A DNA stretch of 64,000 bases, taken from the NCBI GenBank assembly GCA_013265495.1, contig MU058065.1, positions 1,325,527 through 1,389,526 on the forward strand, written 5' to 3'. Under the pieces are notes generated by a model. That model had not been told where the DNA came from and did not search any database. It saw only the letters and a program-made list of their open reading frames with translations. Position numbers and translations under genes: made by a program. Position 1 is the stretch's first letter. Each line of letters starts with the position of its first letter. The stretch comes from Vicugna vicugna. Taxonomy: Eukaryota. Below, piece after piece: positions 13,535-26,600 of this stretch.

Positions 13535-13830
13535 TTGATGGCTGGTATCCCTATAAGCAAAGGAGAGAACACAAACAAGACAGAGAGGGGAGGCCACGTG
13601 AAGACAGAGGCAGCTGGCGTCCTGCAGCCACAAGCCAAGGAATGCTGGGAGCTACCAGAAAACAGAAGAGACAAGGAAGAATTGGCCCCTAGGACCTTTG
13701 AAGGGGGTGTGGACCTGTTGAATCTTAATTTCAGATTTGTGGCCTCCAGACTGTGAGAGAATAAATTTCCCTTGTCTTAAGTGACCAAGTGTTTGATAAT
13801 TTGTTGCAGCATACTTAGCAAACTAATACA
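13535..13830 (+). mobile_element. MaLR LTR (MLT1C/D-like), 3' part
   Basis: GGCCACGTGAAGACAGAGGCAG, CAGCCACAAGCCAAGGAATGC, GGCCTCCAGACTGTGAGAGAATAAATTTC and end AAACTAATACA. Confidence 0.9.
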
Positions 13831-14359
13831 CTGACCTACTCTGAATTTGAAGCTTTGGACAAACTAGAAACTGCTGAAGTTATTTTTTTAAATTGTTTCC
13901 CTCAGCACTTCCTAAAAGTAATCAGACATCATTTTCTTTAAATTTTACTATGACATCTTTTGAATTTATACCTCCTACATTCACTGCTACCACCACCTCT
14001 GTTTTTGTAGCTTAGGGATTCATTGACTGCAGTCTGTAATTGCACAATTGCAGTACCTTCCCTGTCTTCAGTTTCTCCGTCAATTCCCACTGCAAGCAGA
14101 ACGTTTTTTTTTTCAGACACACGTGATCAGTCTGTCCTTTCCCCAGCAGCTGAGAAGTGACTGGTCCTGGTACACGTCAAGGCAGAGATGATAAAATAAT
14201 GCTTTGTATTCTATAACTCTCAGTCTCTTTAAGCATAATAAAAATACGAAGATTATGAGCCAATTCCCCTAAAATTAGGTTTCAAAATATACGAGGCCCA
14301 TTCCCCCTTTTCTTCTTTCAGGAATTCCTAGGGAACAGGAGAGGATGAGCGGTATTGGG

Positions 14360-15240
14360 AGTGCATTGCCCTCCTAGGGCCGCTGTAACAAATCACTGCA
14401 AACTTGGTGGCTTTCTCTCAAAGTTCTGCTGAGGAGATGTTCTGGGGCATGGAGTCAGACAGACCTGTCTCCGGGACATTGAGCAAGGTGCTGAGTTCCC
14501 TAAATGCTGGTCTCCTCGTCTGTCAACTGGAGTAATTCATTCCTAATTCACTTTGGTTAAGGGGATTAAAGGAGAGAATCCAAATAAAGACTGTAGTTCT
14601 AAAGGTTGCAAACATTCTGTGAATACTAGTTATTGGTAATCCTTAGCACAGTAAATTCTCCATGAATATCAACTATTTATTCCATTAACAAACATAAAAT
14701 ATCTGGTCTTGCTTTTGTGATATACCAGGCATTGGTCTGGCCAGTGGCTACATGGTATTCTAAATGAATATAGATCCTGGAATCAGACAGAGCTGAATTT
14801 CAGCTCCACTAATACAGCCTTGGACTAGTTCCTTAACTTTCCACAGGTACCAGGATCCTCATATCTTAAATGGAATTATTAATGGCACCCACCTCACAGG
14901 GTGGCTGTGAACATCAAGAGAGAGAAGGTCAGTAATACATTTCATATGGACCTTGCACATAAGAAGCAAGTACAAAGGATAGTTATATTATTATTACAAT
15001 AATGTGACCTTTCCCTCAGTTTCTGCTAAGGACCAGAACCTATGCCAAGTTCTTTTGCAGATTATTTCCTTGAAGTCTCAAAACACTTTCATGAATTAAA
15101 ACTGTCGTTGGCCGCGTTTCATGGTTGAGAAAAACAGAACTCTTCAGTGACTTGTCTGAAGTCAGAGTTTGTTAAGGAAGAGGATGGAACTCGGGCTCAG
15201 TCCACGTGGTCTGGCAGCAAAACTCAGCCTTCTAAACACA
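14360..15240. mobile_element. Cluster: short MLT fragment plus about three MIR copies
   Basis: CTGTAACAAATCACTGCAAACTTGGTGGC (MLT); TGGAGTCAGACAGACC and TGGAATCAGACAGAGCTG (MIR heads); antisense MIR-like at ~15030-15240. Confidence 0.6.
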
Positions 15241-16379
15241 TAATTTTATATAAAGCTTTTAATAGACTACAATCAAATAACACCATCTGCCTCCAAGCAC
15301 CTTCACTAGAGAACTATTTCAGACTCCAGAACCTCATGCTAAGTGAAGGGTCAGTAATCCAGAGAAAGAACGTCTAAGTGAGAGGTTAGAACTTGCCTCT
15401 GGGATTTCAGGACTTTGCAGAGTTTAAGGGTGAAGCACAAAACTGCTTCGAGCTACAAAACCAACAAACTAGACACCCAGGGAGAAAAAGACAAGGATTC
15501 AGTGCTCCCAAAACAAAGAAGCCTGGATCCAAAGGAACATCAATAGTGTAAAGAGCTGCAAGGTCACTTCTGTGAATCATATTTCATTTTCCCAAACACA
15601 TCAGATGACCTCTTCCCTCAAGGAAATTCCCTCTGAACTTAATACACATGGACGATCTTATTTTTACAAAAATCAAAATAACACACAGTGTATCAATCTA
15701 CAAAACATAAAAAGAGAAGTTTTGTAGTATTACAGTGTTTTGATTATAGATTGAAAAGATTATTATTTATCTGCAAGCTAAAAAAGATAGGAGACAAAAT
15801 TACTGTTCTTGGTCTTTAAATGTTCTTAAGAGATGCCGATCAAATCTTATTTCTTAGGTATGAAAAGAAGGAAGATAAGTTTGTATAAATCATATAAATC
15901 TCTCCTTGCTGCTTTCCCTAATCCTTGGATTCCTGTTCTGAATTACATATTTACAGTAGGAAAACCAGCTCTTATCTAGTCACAAAAACATCTTTGCACC
16001 AAATTTCAAACATCTATCACCTTTACACTATGCAAGAAGTCCTGAGAATATTCCCTTTGTTAATTCCCTATTTCTAAAGGCAAGGCTAAGGTTCCCATTA
16101 CTGTTTGGCACCAGCTGAGTCCTTCTAAATGCCTTCAGACAGTTGATTCTAGAGGTTTTTATTCATAAAAGCCACTGAAGCCATCATGCAGCTGTCCCCT
16201 GGGAGGTTGCCATGGCAACACATGAGCATGACCCCATACATGCAGGTGCAAGTTTGTTCACATCCATACAGTCAACAACGTAGTACCACAACACCCAGCT
16301 GCAACATGTGAGCCCACAGGGGACATCAAAAGTGAGCAATATACACAATCTCACCAACTGTGGGTTCCAGTAGCCAGTG

Positions 16380-16610
16380 ATTGTCTTGAATCCCCTTTTT
16401 TCCTCATCTCAATATCCAATTATAGCCAAATGTCCAAATCTCAGTGGTTTCCATATCTAATTACATATCCAATTATATACAAAACACATGTTCTTTTATC
16501 TCCATCTCTCTGCTCCCATCACCTTGGACCAGGCCATTCTTATCTTTCACCTGGATAAGTGCAACTGTCTCTGGTGAATGTCTCTGGCAATGGCCTACAC
16601 TCCTCACACA
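16380..16610 (+). mobile_element. L2 fragment, interrupted by the downstream L1
   Basis: CTCCCATCACCTTGGACCAGGCCATTCTTATCTTTCACCTGGATAAGTGCAAC is L2 ORF-like. Confidence 0.65.
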
Positions 16611-16649
16611 GCTCTAAGAACTTCTTCATCCAGACGTTGACTTCACAAC

Positions 16650-17870
16650 ACCACACTCCACTAAAAGACCCAGGTATTTTGGCAGGAAAAACAAGATGAA
16701 CCTGAAACAGTTGTGCCAAAAATTCAGGAAGTGCTCAAAAACTGATGGGGACATGTTAAAAGGACAAATGAGTCAGGCTGAAAGAACTCCACTGGACAAA
16801 CATGGGACAGTTTGGGTTTCAAAATCAATAACAGCACAGATTATAAACCACTGATAAAACCAGAATCCATGAGATACTAAGTGAGAAAACACACAAACAA
16901 GTAAATATATCTTAAAAAGTATGAAATAAGTAAAGGACAATGACCACTAATGTAAAACGTATGACAGAATTATAAAAATTAATTATCATGATAATAATTG
17001 ATTCAGATAAAAATATCATTAATGCTAATATTATTGAGTAAAAGTTTAATAGAAAAGAGGATATACACAGGGTCTCAAAGTATCTCCCAGGAAAAGAAAA
17101 CTAATAACTTTCCAGTGGAGAAATCTACCAGATATTACCTTAATCGATTAGTCAAAGTTAACATCATCAATTAATAAGACAAAGTGACATCACAGATCTC
17201 CTGATGTGCTACAGTTTCTTCATCATTCCTGTAAAAGGGATTCTGCGGCATTCCTGCCAAAAATGCATTACCTGAATTAATCATGAAGTATCAGACAATC
17301 CCAAATTGAAGGGCTTTGAGTTTGCACCTCCACTGGCCTGTACTTTTCAAAACGTCAGTGTCACGAGGATAAAGGCTGAGAGACTTGTTCCAAAACAAAG
17401 GAAATGAAGGATACATGGCAACTAAATACAGTATGCGGACCTGAAATAGATCCTCCTGCATCCAAAAAATGTGATTCATCGCTGTGAAGAATATCAGAGA
17501 AACCGTTGGGGAAATTTAAATATGCTCTACGTATTAGGCAATAGCAGTACGTCAATGTTACATTTATTGAATTTGGTTTCATTGCATTTGGGTTATGTAA
17601 GAAAAACTTTCTTTTCTTCAGAGATACTGAACTACTTAGAGGTAAAGGTCATGCAATTTGTACCTTATATCCAAACGATTTAATAGTAATAACAATAATA
17701 GTAGTTATCCATGATTTAATAGTAATAACAATAATAGTAGTTATCCATAAAAAGAAAGAGCAAACATGGTAAGTCTCAAGTAGAGGTCAAAAGTATAAAG
17801 AAATTTATTGTATCATTCTTGTAAATTTTTTTGTTTGATTTTTTCAAAATAAGTAAAAATTTTAAAAATT
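16650..17870 (+). mobile_element. L1MC-type 3' UTR
   Basis: TGATGGGGACATGTTAAAAGGAC, CAGTGGAGAAATCTACCAGATATTACCTTAATC and TTCCTGCCAAAAATGCATTACCTGAAT. Confidence 0.8.
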
Positions 17871-17899
17871 GATCTTGTTACAATATAATTTTTTTCGAT

Positions 17900-18450
17900 T
17901 GTTTCTCTTAAACCTCTCCAATAGTTTCCATTTCCGTTAGAATAAAATTAACTTCCTTAAAGACCCTGACCACCACTCCAGCTTTATCCAGAGCAAATCT
18001 TGTAATCACGCTGGTTTTCTTTTATTTTCAGAAAAATTTTCAAGGTCTCTCATGCCTCACAAATGCTCTTTTTCTACTTGTAGAGCTGGCTTTCTATCTA
18101 TCCACTCTCTCTCTCTCTCTCTCTCTCACTCGCTCTCTCCCGCTCTCTCTCACTCCTCTGTCTTCTTTTCGTTCCTTTCCTTTCGTCTGTTTTGTAAAGC
18201 TCCCAGGTGAATGAATGTCAGCTCCTTAAAGAAGCATTCTCTGACCCCTCCGCCCCTCTCCCCAGGTTTCTCTATCAGAGTCCCTCACCTATCTCCTTCA
18301 TAGCACTTTCAAAACTGACAATTTTTCTGTTTAATCATTCCTTACTAATTTGTCAGTCTTGTTCATTTGAATTTACCTTCATGCTTCAAACTGTCAGGAA
18401 CCATGTTCACCTTGTTCTCTTCCCTATTCCCAACCCAGTGCCTTCGACAA
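17900..18450 (+). mobile_element. L2 3' part containing a (CT)n tract
   Basis: AAACCTCTCCAATAGTTTCC and CTCCTTCATAGCACTTTC are L2-like; (CT)n at ~18105-18150. Confidence 0.6.
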
Positions 18451-20678
18451 GGTGGACCACCTGGGAGAATGGTGCATTTAGATAGCTGCTGAAAGACTGA
18501 TGGCGGCAAAAATGTATGGTCCCCCACTCGTTCCTTTCTATACCAACTTGTTAAAAGCTCAGTAGCTGCAAAGGGGCTTCTCTTTTCCTCCATTCCTCCC
18601 TGGATCCTGACTCTGACGGTCCCCAGAAGGTCATTCAGAGAGTTTCTTGCTTTGCATTATAGGTTAGTTTGAGAAATGCAGGTTGATGAAGCCAACTTTT
18701 GATGCTGGAATTCTCTATACAACGAAGTGTTTTTTTCAGCCTCTAGAATTTGAAACTAACCCACCCTGAGATGATGAAGTCCACCTTCAGAAGGATCTCA
18801 GAGTGAGAAGGTTCTTTTCTCCTGGTTCTCTTCCTTGTACCGAGCATAGCCCTTGGCCCACTCAGAACAAATGAGTTCTCCTCCCATGTGACAACGTTTC
18901 CAATATCTGTAGGTAGTTCTTGTATGTCTGAGATAGTCTCTTCTCTGAGCTTTTCTCCTTTGGTCTTTTCTTCCTCGGTCTAATGAAAAGCATATATCTT
19001 TTTGAAAAAATTAAATGCATTGGGTTTTTTTCTGTATTGGAATATTTTCTCAAATGTCTAAATGGGGCAGGGGGGGACGTTTTCGCTGTGGTCCCGCTCT
19101 ACATTAAGGCAAATATGAAAAGGATGTGATATCTGTTCCTTCTCTTTTAAGTCTGTCAAATGTGCTTTCTTCTAAAGAACTAACACTACGTTCCCTTTCT
19201 GAGCTGTTCTGAAGGTTTTCTTTAGCTAAATTCTCTCTCAAATTAAGCTTCCTCTGTGTGCAATCTAGTGTACATAAAATAAATAAATAACCGGCCACAT
19301 CTACAAGAAAGATTAAATTTTCAGCAATTACTTTATATTAATTATGTGTTAATATGCCATTTCCTCCCTCCTTATCACACTTACCACTTAGGTATAATTA
19401 TCCCCATTTTCCACATGAAGAAATAGAGGGGTTAAATAATTTGTCCAAAGGCACACACACGACTACTGAGTGCTAGAGCTTGGCTTTTTACCTTCATTTT
19501 CTATCAAGCTGATTTTGATTAACTTAAAAGGGGGATTTAAATAAAATAAATAACGTGAATAAATTAGCTAGTTGCTAGTACTAAATATTGCAAAGTAAGA
19601 TGGTTAAGTTACAAACCATAAAACAGATTACTTAATGTAATATAGGAAAGAAAGTCTGCAAGTGGCGTTCGATCACAAATGAAATATTAGCACATCCTTT
19701 TCTGGTGGTTGAGGCGGAGTTGATGTTGGTCAATAGCATATGAGGAATGGAAGTGGTATAGTATTTCAGGTGATAGTAAGCCATTAAAATGAAAGACTAA
19801 GCATGTAATTTTTTGGCAAGTTAGATCCTTACTATAATAGTGTGTCTAATATTGGTCATAAGCCTTTAGAGGATTTTAGAACAACTGGAGAAAGTCCAAG
19901 AAATACAAACAGAAGTAATGAAGTTGACCAAAAACAACCATGTCTGGCATAATAAGTCACTAAAATTACTAACTAAATGAATACACTAATGAATGAAATT
20001 GGCTCTTTACACTGCAACAAAAAATACTAAAGGGTGACCTGATTGCAGTCTTCTAGGATCAAATGGAGTTGTTCTCTGCATCTGTGGGGATTTTAAGAGG
20101 CCCTAAAAAAGGACCTCTTAAGATTTTAATAATTTTGTAATCTTCAAAATGACAGGATAGTGAAATAGATGCACGGTAAGAGGTGGACATTCATAACTAT
20201 GTAGAAAAGGATAGGAAATGATTTGTTATAAATGACTTGGTCTTTTGAAGTCAGAAGTTATGGGATCTAGACAACAACTCCCATTGTCACCCCCTCCGTC
20301 TCTACTATTCTTTAATTCCTGGTGCAACAACTAAACCTGAATTAGAACCCCAAGGCTGGGAAAATTCTGAAAGAACATTTACCAAGGAAATTTTCAAGTC
20401 TTTCCACTTTGGTGATTCTGTAAGGATCTAGGTTCATTCTCTATTCTTCTCTCTCTCTCTCTCTCTCTTTCAAATCAGATCAACATTTTTATAACTTACT
20501 TTCTAAAGCTGAAAAGGCATACAATGAGAATGAAGTAAAAAGCACCAGAAGTGTGATAATAATTGCTCAAGGTTAGCCTAAAAAGAAGAAGGAATATAAC
20601 CAAGAGAGAAAGGAAGACACACTATAAATTTAAATCATTTCTTCCCCACTAATCACTTCTTGGGGTATGTCTACCCAT

Positions 20679-21106
20679 TGATAGACAAGACCAACTCCAT
20701 TTCAGCAATCTGCCTCTATTTCAGGACAAGCCAAGTCGACCGCAAGTAACAACTTCCACCTTCTGCCTGTAAAACCCTCCCCGGACCCGAGTGAGAACTA
20801 CTGGAAGGAAAGTTAATCCGACCCGGCCCTCACTTTTTCAGACATGACCCTTTCAAAAACCTACCAATCAGCATTTACCTTTCAGCATACCTTATCTGCA
20901 TAAAAACCCACCAGTCAGAACTTACCTCTCAGCACTCCTCATTTGCATGAGAATCTACCAATCGGCTCCTATTCCCCAGGCGTAAAATAACCAAGTCTGT
21001 ACTCAGCGGGTTCCAATCTAACTGGAGACCTCTCTGTGGGTTTTTCAAAGTAAACCTGTCTCTGCCGTTGAGCTGTCTCTGATCCCTTCTGTCTGATTTT
21101 TTAACA
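20679..21106 (+). mobile_element. Young-looking ERV solo LTR, 428 bp
   Basis: TG...CA termini, perfect 5-bp TSD CCCAT (20674-20678, 21107-21111), retained CpGs, CCAAT boxes, AGTAAA near 21049. Confidence 0.85.
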
Positions 21107-21279
21107 CCCATTCTTGGGACCACCTTACTGAAGGACACGCTGGCTTAATTCACTGTCTTAAAGAAAAATCTATCATTAAAAATCTCTACCAGATTCCTAT
21201 GGCATCTATGTCTAAGTTCAACAGTGATTACCAGTCCAAGTAGTGTGTAAATATCAATGATGGTAACAAACAACCTCCA

Positions 21280-21700
21280 TGCTAGTCAAGGTCCTCTGAA
21301 AAGGAGAGGTCAAGAATGCAGCCAATGAACAAGAGAATCTTAGGAGAAACACTTGAGAAAGAAAATTGGAGCGGTTGGGAGAGCATTAGATCACAATGAC
21401 TTTCTGACCCCAAGTTAAGGAAAGAAGTGACAAAGGAAGTTTGGGTGGAAGCATCTTAGACTGCGGCACAGGTTTAAAGAGAATTCAGCAAGGTGGTTAA
21501 GGAATCACCTGTTAGAGGGAGCCATACATCACCCCCACCATTCCCTGCCCTGCTCCATCTCCCAGTATTGGTCCTGCCCTAGTATTCCTGCCATGCTCAG
21601 TCATTGACCCTCACATGGCAATAGATTTCAGAGCCTCCAGCTAATGCTGTAAACCTGTTTCACTCCACACTGTCTACGTTTGAGAGTCACACTCCTTTGT
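21280..21700 (-). mobile_element. ERVL LTR (LTR16/LTR33-like)
   Basis: TTGGGTGGAAGCATCTTAGACTGC and CCTGCCATGCTCAGTCATTG motifs. Confidence 0.6.
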
Positions 21701-22597
21701 CCACCAAGGCCACAGCTTTTTTTGTCCTAACTCTGTGCCACTCACTGTGTTAAGTACTCTGAGATCTCGTTGGATCTTCACAAAACTTATCCAATGTCAA
21801 TAGTGATGAAGTGGCAAAGAATGGCTGTCAATCCACATCTCTGACTCACAGGCCTATGCTCTTCACCCCCACTACTTACCTCCTACTGGACTATTCTACC
21901 TCTCTCAATGCCATACTGCCCTGATTACACTTTAAAAATATCCATAGTGAATAATCTAGGCTGTAATTTAGAGCTATTTCTGCTTGCTTTACATTGTGAC
22001 GGAGAGGGAAAGAACAGTTCAATCTAACCCTTCAAGCTTAAAAAGTATACTTTGGCCCTCTGTTCTCTCTGATGAATAGCACAAGTGCCCATAATAGGTT
22101 AGCACAAAATTTGTGACCCCAGCTTGCATTATCGCCATTTAACTCTATATTCAGTAACATCTCTCAGTCTTCGGTACAGTCACAATGCTGACTCACCGTT
22201 GTTTTAGATTTATCTTATTTCTCCAAGTCTTGGACACAACCAGCATTTCCCCCCTATGGATACTTTCCTCCTGCAGACCTTAGGAGTATTTTATTTTCAC
22301 CCTTTTCCAACATTATTTCAGTTTTTCATCTTCTATTTTTAGTGATTACTGATGGCTTTTATCACTTTCATGTCATCTTGATCCCATTCAGAAGGTTTAT
22401 ATATGAATACACTTCATGTTTGTTCTCTCTGAGCTTTTCAGCTGCAAACAGTAGGTCCAAGCACCAAAATTAGCAAATAAAACCTCCGTCAATTATGTTC
22501 CCTTCCTGAGGATGCCTCTGGTTCTCTTCTGCAGGCTGACTTCATCAACTGTCTAATAAACAATAATTAGGCATCTTTACTTTCTCGATATCAAAAA

Positions 22598-23120
22598 TTA
22601 TTTTTGTTAAGGTGTAATGATACACAATAAATCAATCTTTTTAAAGTGCAGCTCTGAGTTTTGACACAAAGAAAGGCACGTAAACATTACCACAATCAAG
22701 ATCTATAAAACAGTTAACCATATGTAAAGTAGATAAACAACGAAGTCCTACTGTATAGCACAGGGAACTATATTCAATATCCTACAATGAACCATAGTGG
22801 AAAAGAATATGAAAAAGAATATATATGTATAACTGAGTCACTTTGCTGTACACGAGAAACTAACAAAATATTGTATTTCAACTATACTTCAATAAAAACA
22901 AAATGCAATAAAAGATATAGAACAGCTTCATCAGCCCCAAAATTGCAGCATGGAACTTAGTTTTTAGCCCCACCCCTACCATCAGCTCCTGGAAACCACT
23001 TACTTGTCATTGTCTGTATAGTTTTGGCTTTTCCAGAATATTATATAAGTGGGATCATATGATATGTAACCTTTCTGTCTGGCCTCTTTTATTTAGTATA
23101 ATGAGATTAATGTATGTGAA
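22598..23120 (-). mobile_element. Old L1 3' UTR (L1MB/MC-like) hosting a younger L1
   Basis: Antisense motifs CCACAATCAAGAT, CCTGGAAACCACT and ATAAGTGGGATCATATG. Confidence 0.7.
22716..22911 (+). mobile_element. Cetartiodactyl L1 3' end, 5'-truncated
   Basis: GTCCTACTGTATAGCACAGGGAACTATATTCAATATCC...CAACTATACTTCAATAAAA; imperfect TSD AAGATCTATAAAACAGTT / AAGATATAGAACAGCTT. Confidence 0.9.
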
Positions 23121-23554
23121 CAGGTAGGGATAGTTAGGAAAAGAAAAACATTAGACATATGGTATAAAAATAAATTTTGAGAAATTCATTTCACTTAGTA
23201 TATAATCCCTAAGATTTATTGAAAGCTTGATGCTTTCCATATATCATCCCATTTCACTCTTACCACAATCCAACAGTGACAGGATTATTATGCTCATTTT
23301 ACAGGTGACAAAACTGAGGATCAGAGCCATTTAAGCAGTTTGGTACAGGTCAGATGCAGGACTGTCCAAATGCAACATTTATGCACTTTTTATTATGCTA
23401 TCATTTCAATCTTACTTCAGTTTAGAGTATAACTCAAAATAACTTAAAGTATTTTTTATCTTTAAAGCCAAACAGCATTATCTCCAATCTGTAATAGTTA
23501 TATAGGAACTTTTTTTTTCTACTGTAATTATTTGTGAAAACTGGTAGGTTACAA

Positions 23555-23666
23555 TTTTATTTATTTGTCTATTTACATACTTATTTAGTGGAGATCCTGG
23601 GGATTGAACCCAGGACCTCATGCATGCTAATCATGTGCTCTACCACTGAGCTATTCTCTTGCCCTC
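23555..23666 (-). mobile_element. tRNA-derived SINE, camelid Vic-1-like
   Basis: GGGGATTGAACCCAGGACCTCATGCATGCTAATCATGTGCTCTACCACTGAGCTA is the antisense SINE body, preceded by a T-rich tail. Confidence 0.85.
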
Positions 23667-26600
23667 AATTTTTTTATTCTGTTCTATACTACTTTGTCCT
23701 CTTTACTAAATGGCCTAATATTTTTGTTTCAGTCTAAAAATACTCTTGTTATTAACAGATATGTTTACAGTATAAATCATAAATTGTCTAGAGCTCTTTT
23801 ACTTCTTTGTTTTGTACCTATTTTGATTATATCAGCATGAGAACAGCACATTAAGATATTGCACACATATATCAAAATGGTCTAATGTCCCAGCACTTCA
23901 ATAGCACGATATATTGATTTGAATTGTTCAATACCATGTTTAAGAAACTCGCAGTAAAGAAAATTCATAGGTGCATAGCCTATCCAGAAGTCATTTTATT
24001 AATGCTTTGTATAAAATAAATATAGATCATAAAATTTGACACAACTTTTGAATAGAGAGAGCAAACTCAGGGGGTAAGAAAAACAGAAAACTTTTGCACC
24101 TTCACAGCAATGGAGCTTAGGATTTCACACAGATCTTCCTTCATTTTCTCCACCCCACTTCACAATTCCTAATGCGGAATAAGCTTTAAACAAACTGTAT
24201 CTGCATCCTCATTGATGGTATAGCATGGAGTCTGAAGTTAGGTATCATGAGTTTAAATCCCAGTTCTGCCTTTATTTTGTGCCTTTAATTTTCATAGTGT
24301 ACTTTATGTTTTTCAGTCCCATCCCCTGCCTCAACTTACTTTCACTTTCCTCATTTTTATTACTTAAAAAATAATAAAGTTTATTATTGGTATTTTTGCA
24401 ATCTACCATTTTGGGGCAAGATGAAGAATTGTTATAAAGTTATATATATACACATACACATAGCCTTAATTTACCTTTGTCTCAGGAGCTTTGGGGTATA
24501 TGATCTCAGATGAAGAGGTAAAAGCGAATGTCATCAAGTCCGGGTCCACTGGGTAACTTCTAGATCTCTAGTTCCCAGGATCTCATGTTTCCTCCAATAG
24601 CTCCATAAATTCTCCTAGGCAGCCTTACCCAACTCCTGGATAAATGGCTTGTGCAATTCCCAGCTCCACCAAACAGTCCATAGGGGTCTGCACTCTGCCC
24701 CTCCATTGCAAAAGTTCTCTGCCCCTCGAGAGCTTAACTTCAGTCCCCTTGGTACCTGATAGCTTTGAAGTCTTCTGAAAAGTAAGAAGTTGAATGGCGC
24801 TCACTCCCTATGAACATGAATCAATGCGGGTCTCAGTGCTGAGTCATTTGGTGCCATCATTGTTGTGAAATTAATCCCCCACATACATTCATATCATCAT
24901 AAATATGATGATAGATGGATTGAAATATCATCAGCTTCCTTATGATCCCCAACTACAATCTCCTCCCAACAGTGAGACCTTATTGCTGAATCCAGTTTGC
25001 CATGAACCAGTTCTTTTTTCACTTAAAGCAAATTTTCAAGCAGAGAAACCTGCCTTTGGCATTTAAATAGGGTTTCAATATGTGCCCCGCCATCACTAAC
25101 GCAGTCACCCAGCTTTATAAGACTGCATGCTTGTACATGTATCTACATGTGCCTGAATTTGGATTAAGGACACACATCTAGAGTTATTGTTTAGTTCTGT
25201 GTTTTTCCTCCAGTGATATGTCCATTCATATAAATTAACAGATACAGCAAGGTGTTTGGCGAGAGGCTGGAGCAGAGGATTACTCTACTGCACAAACTAA
25301 ATGTAGATATATCTAAATCTCAACCTCATCCCAATTTAGATCTGTTCTATAGAAATATGAGCTGGGGGATATATATATGTACATATATACACATATATTC
25401 TATTCTGAGCATTATAGCTAACATTTAGTGTTTTTTCAATATATGCGATGTTTTTTCTTTGCTTCTAGGAGGCAAAGCTTCTTCAACTCATGAGGTACCT
25501 TTTCTGATTTTTATGGTTTCTTCAGTGATTTTATCATGTTTCTATGATCAAAGATAGTCAATAACTGTTAACTGAGTAAACCAAAAGAAAGCTTGAGTAA
25601 GAGAGATAAACAATGTTTAAGAGAAGGACAAATAAAATTATACCTATCTGAAACTCTCACCATTTGTTATGTGCCTCATTTCCTGAAGTATAATAAAAAC
25701 ATCAAGGTAAATGATAGATTTCTGAGATTCCCTATTTTTCAAACTATTGGGTCAATTAGATGAAATATGAATAAAACCTTAAACCTATAGTACAAGCAAT
25801 GGTTTCCAAAGCCTGATCAAAACTTATAAAGATTAAAAAGACGTTTTGCAACCATTGACTGGCATTGTGATTAAAAATGTGAAATTGTCTATTATATTAA
25901 AACTTCTACACAATATATTAAGATTAAAAATTGTAAGTTCTATTTGACTTTTAAAATGAATTTGATTCTTCTTCCTTCACCAAATGAAACATCATATTTG
26001 CTTTGAAATAACTTTTTCATTTTAAATTATCACAAAGGCAAGATACATCTCTGGCATATTTTCCTAAGTGTCCAAATAACTTTGTCTTATAAGAAACGTC
26101 ATTTTCAAATTAACAACGCTAAAAGATGAAGAGATTTAATATTTCCATCTCAAAACTGGTTTAAATATACTGGTTTTTCATGCAGACTTCGATATATCTA
26201 TATGAAGTTTCTTATGTGACCATGACCTCTTCATATACGTTAATCACTTTCCCACAATAACAGTAAATTTCATCTGTCTTCTAGAGAAGGAGGAATGTAA
26301 TAAGTATTATGACAACAAGAAAATGTCACTATTTTTAGTAACCATATGCAGGCTGACACTTGTGACTTTGGTTCTTCTTATTGGCCTACAATAACATCTG
26401 CAGTTGATCTAATTCATTCTGTCATGGCATGTTCAAATGAATCTACACTATAGTCCTAATTGCATCGTTAGGTTTGAAATTGTAGAGTCCTACAGAGAAA
26501 CCCAGACACCGTGTTTGGACGTCTGTGTGTTTATTGATAATGACTGCAGGCTTGAGGTGCTCAACCTCAACAAGGATATTGCCTATTATTCAATGAAGTC

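Noticed and set aside
13307..13756. Longest ORF (149 aa)
   Set aside because: Its second half lies in an MLT1 LTR; no recognisable domain and a non-ATG start
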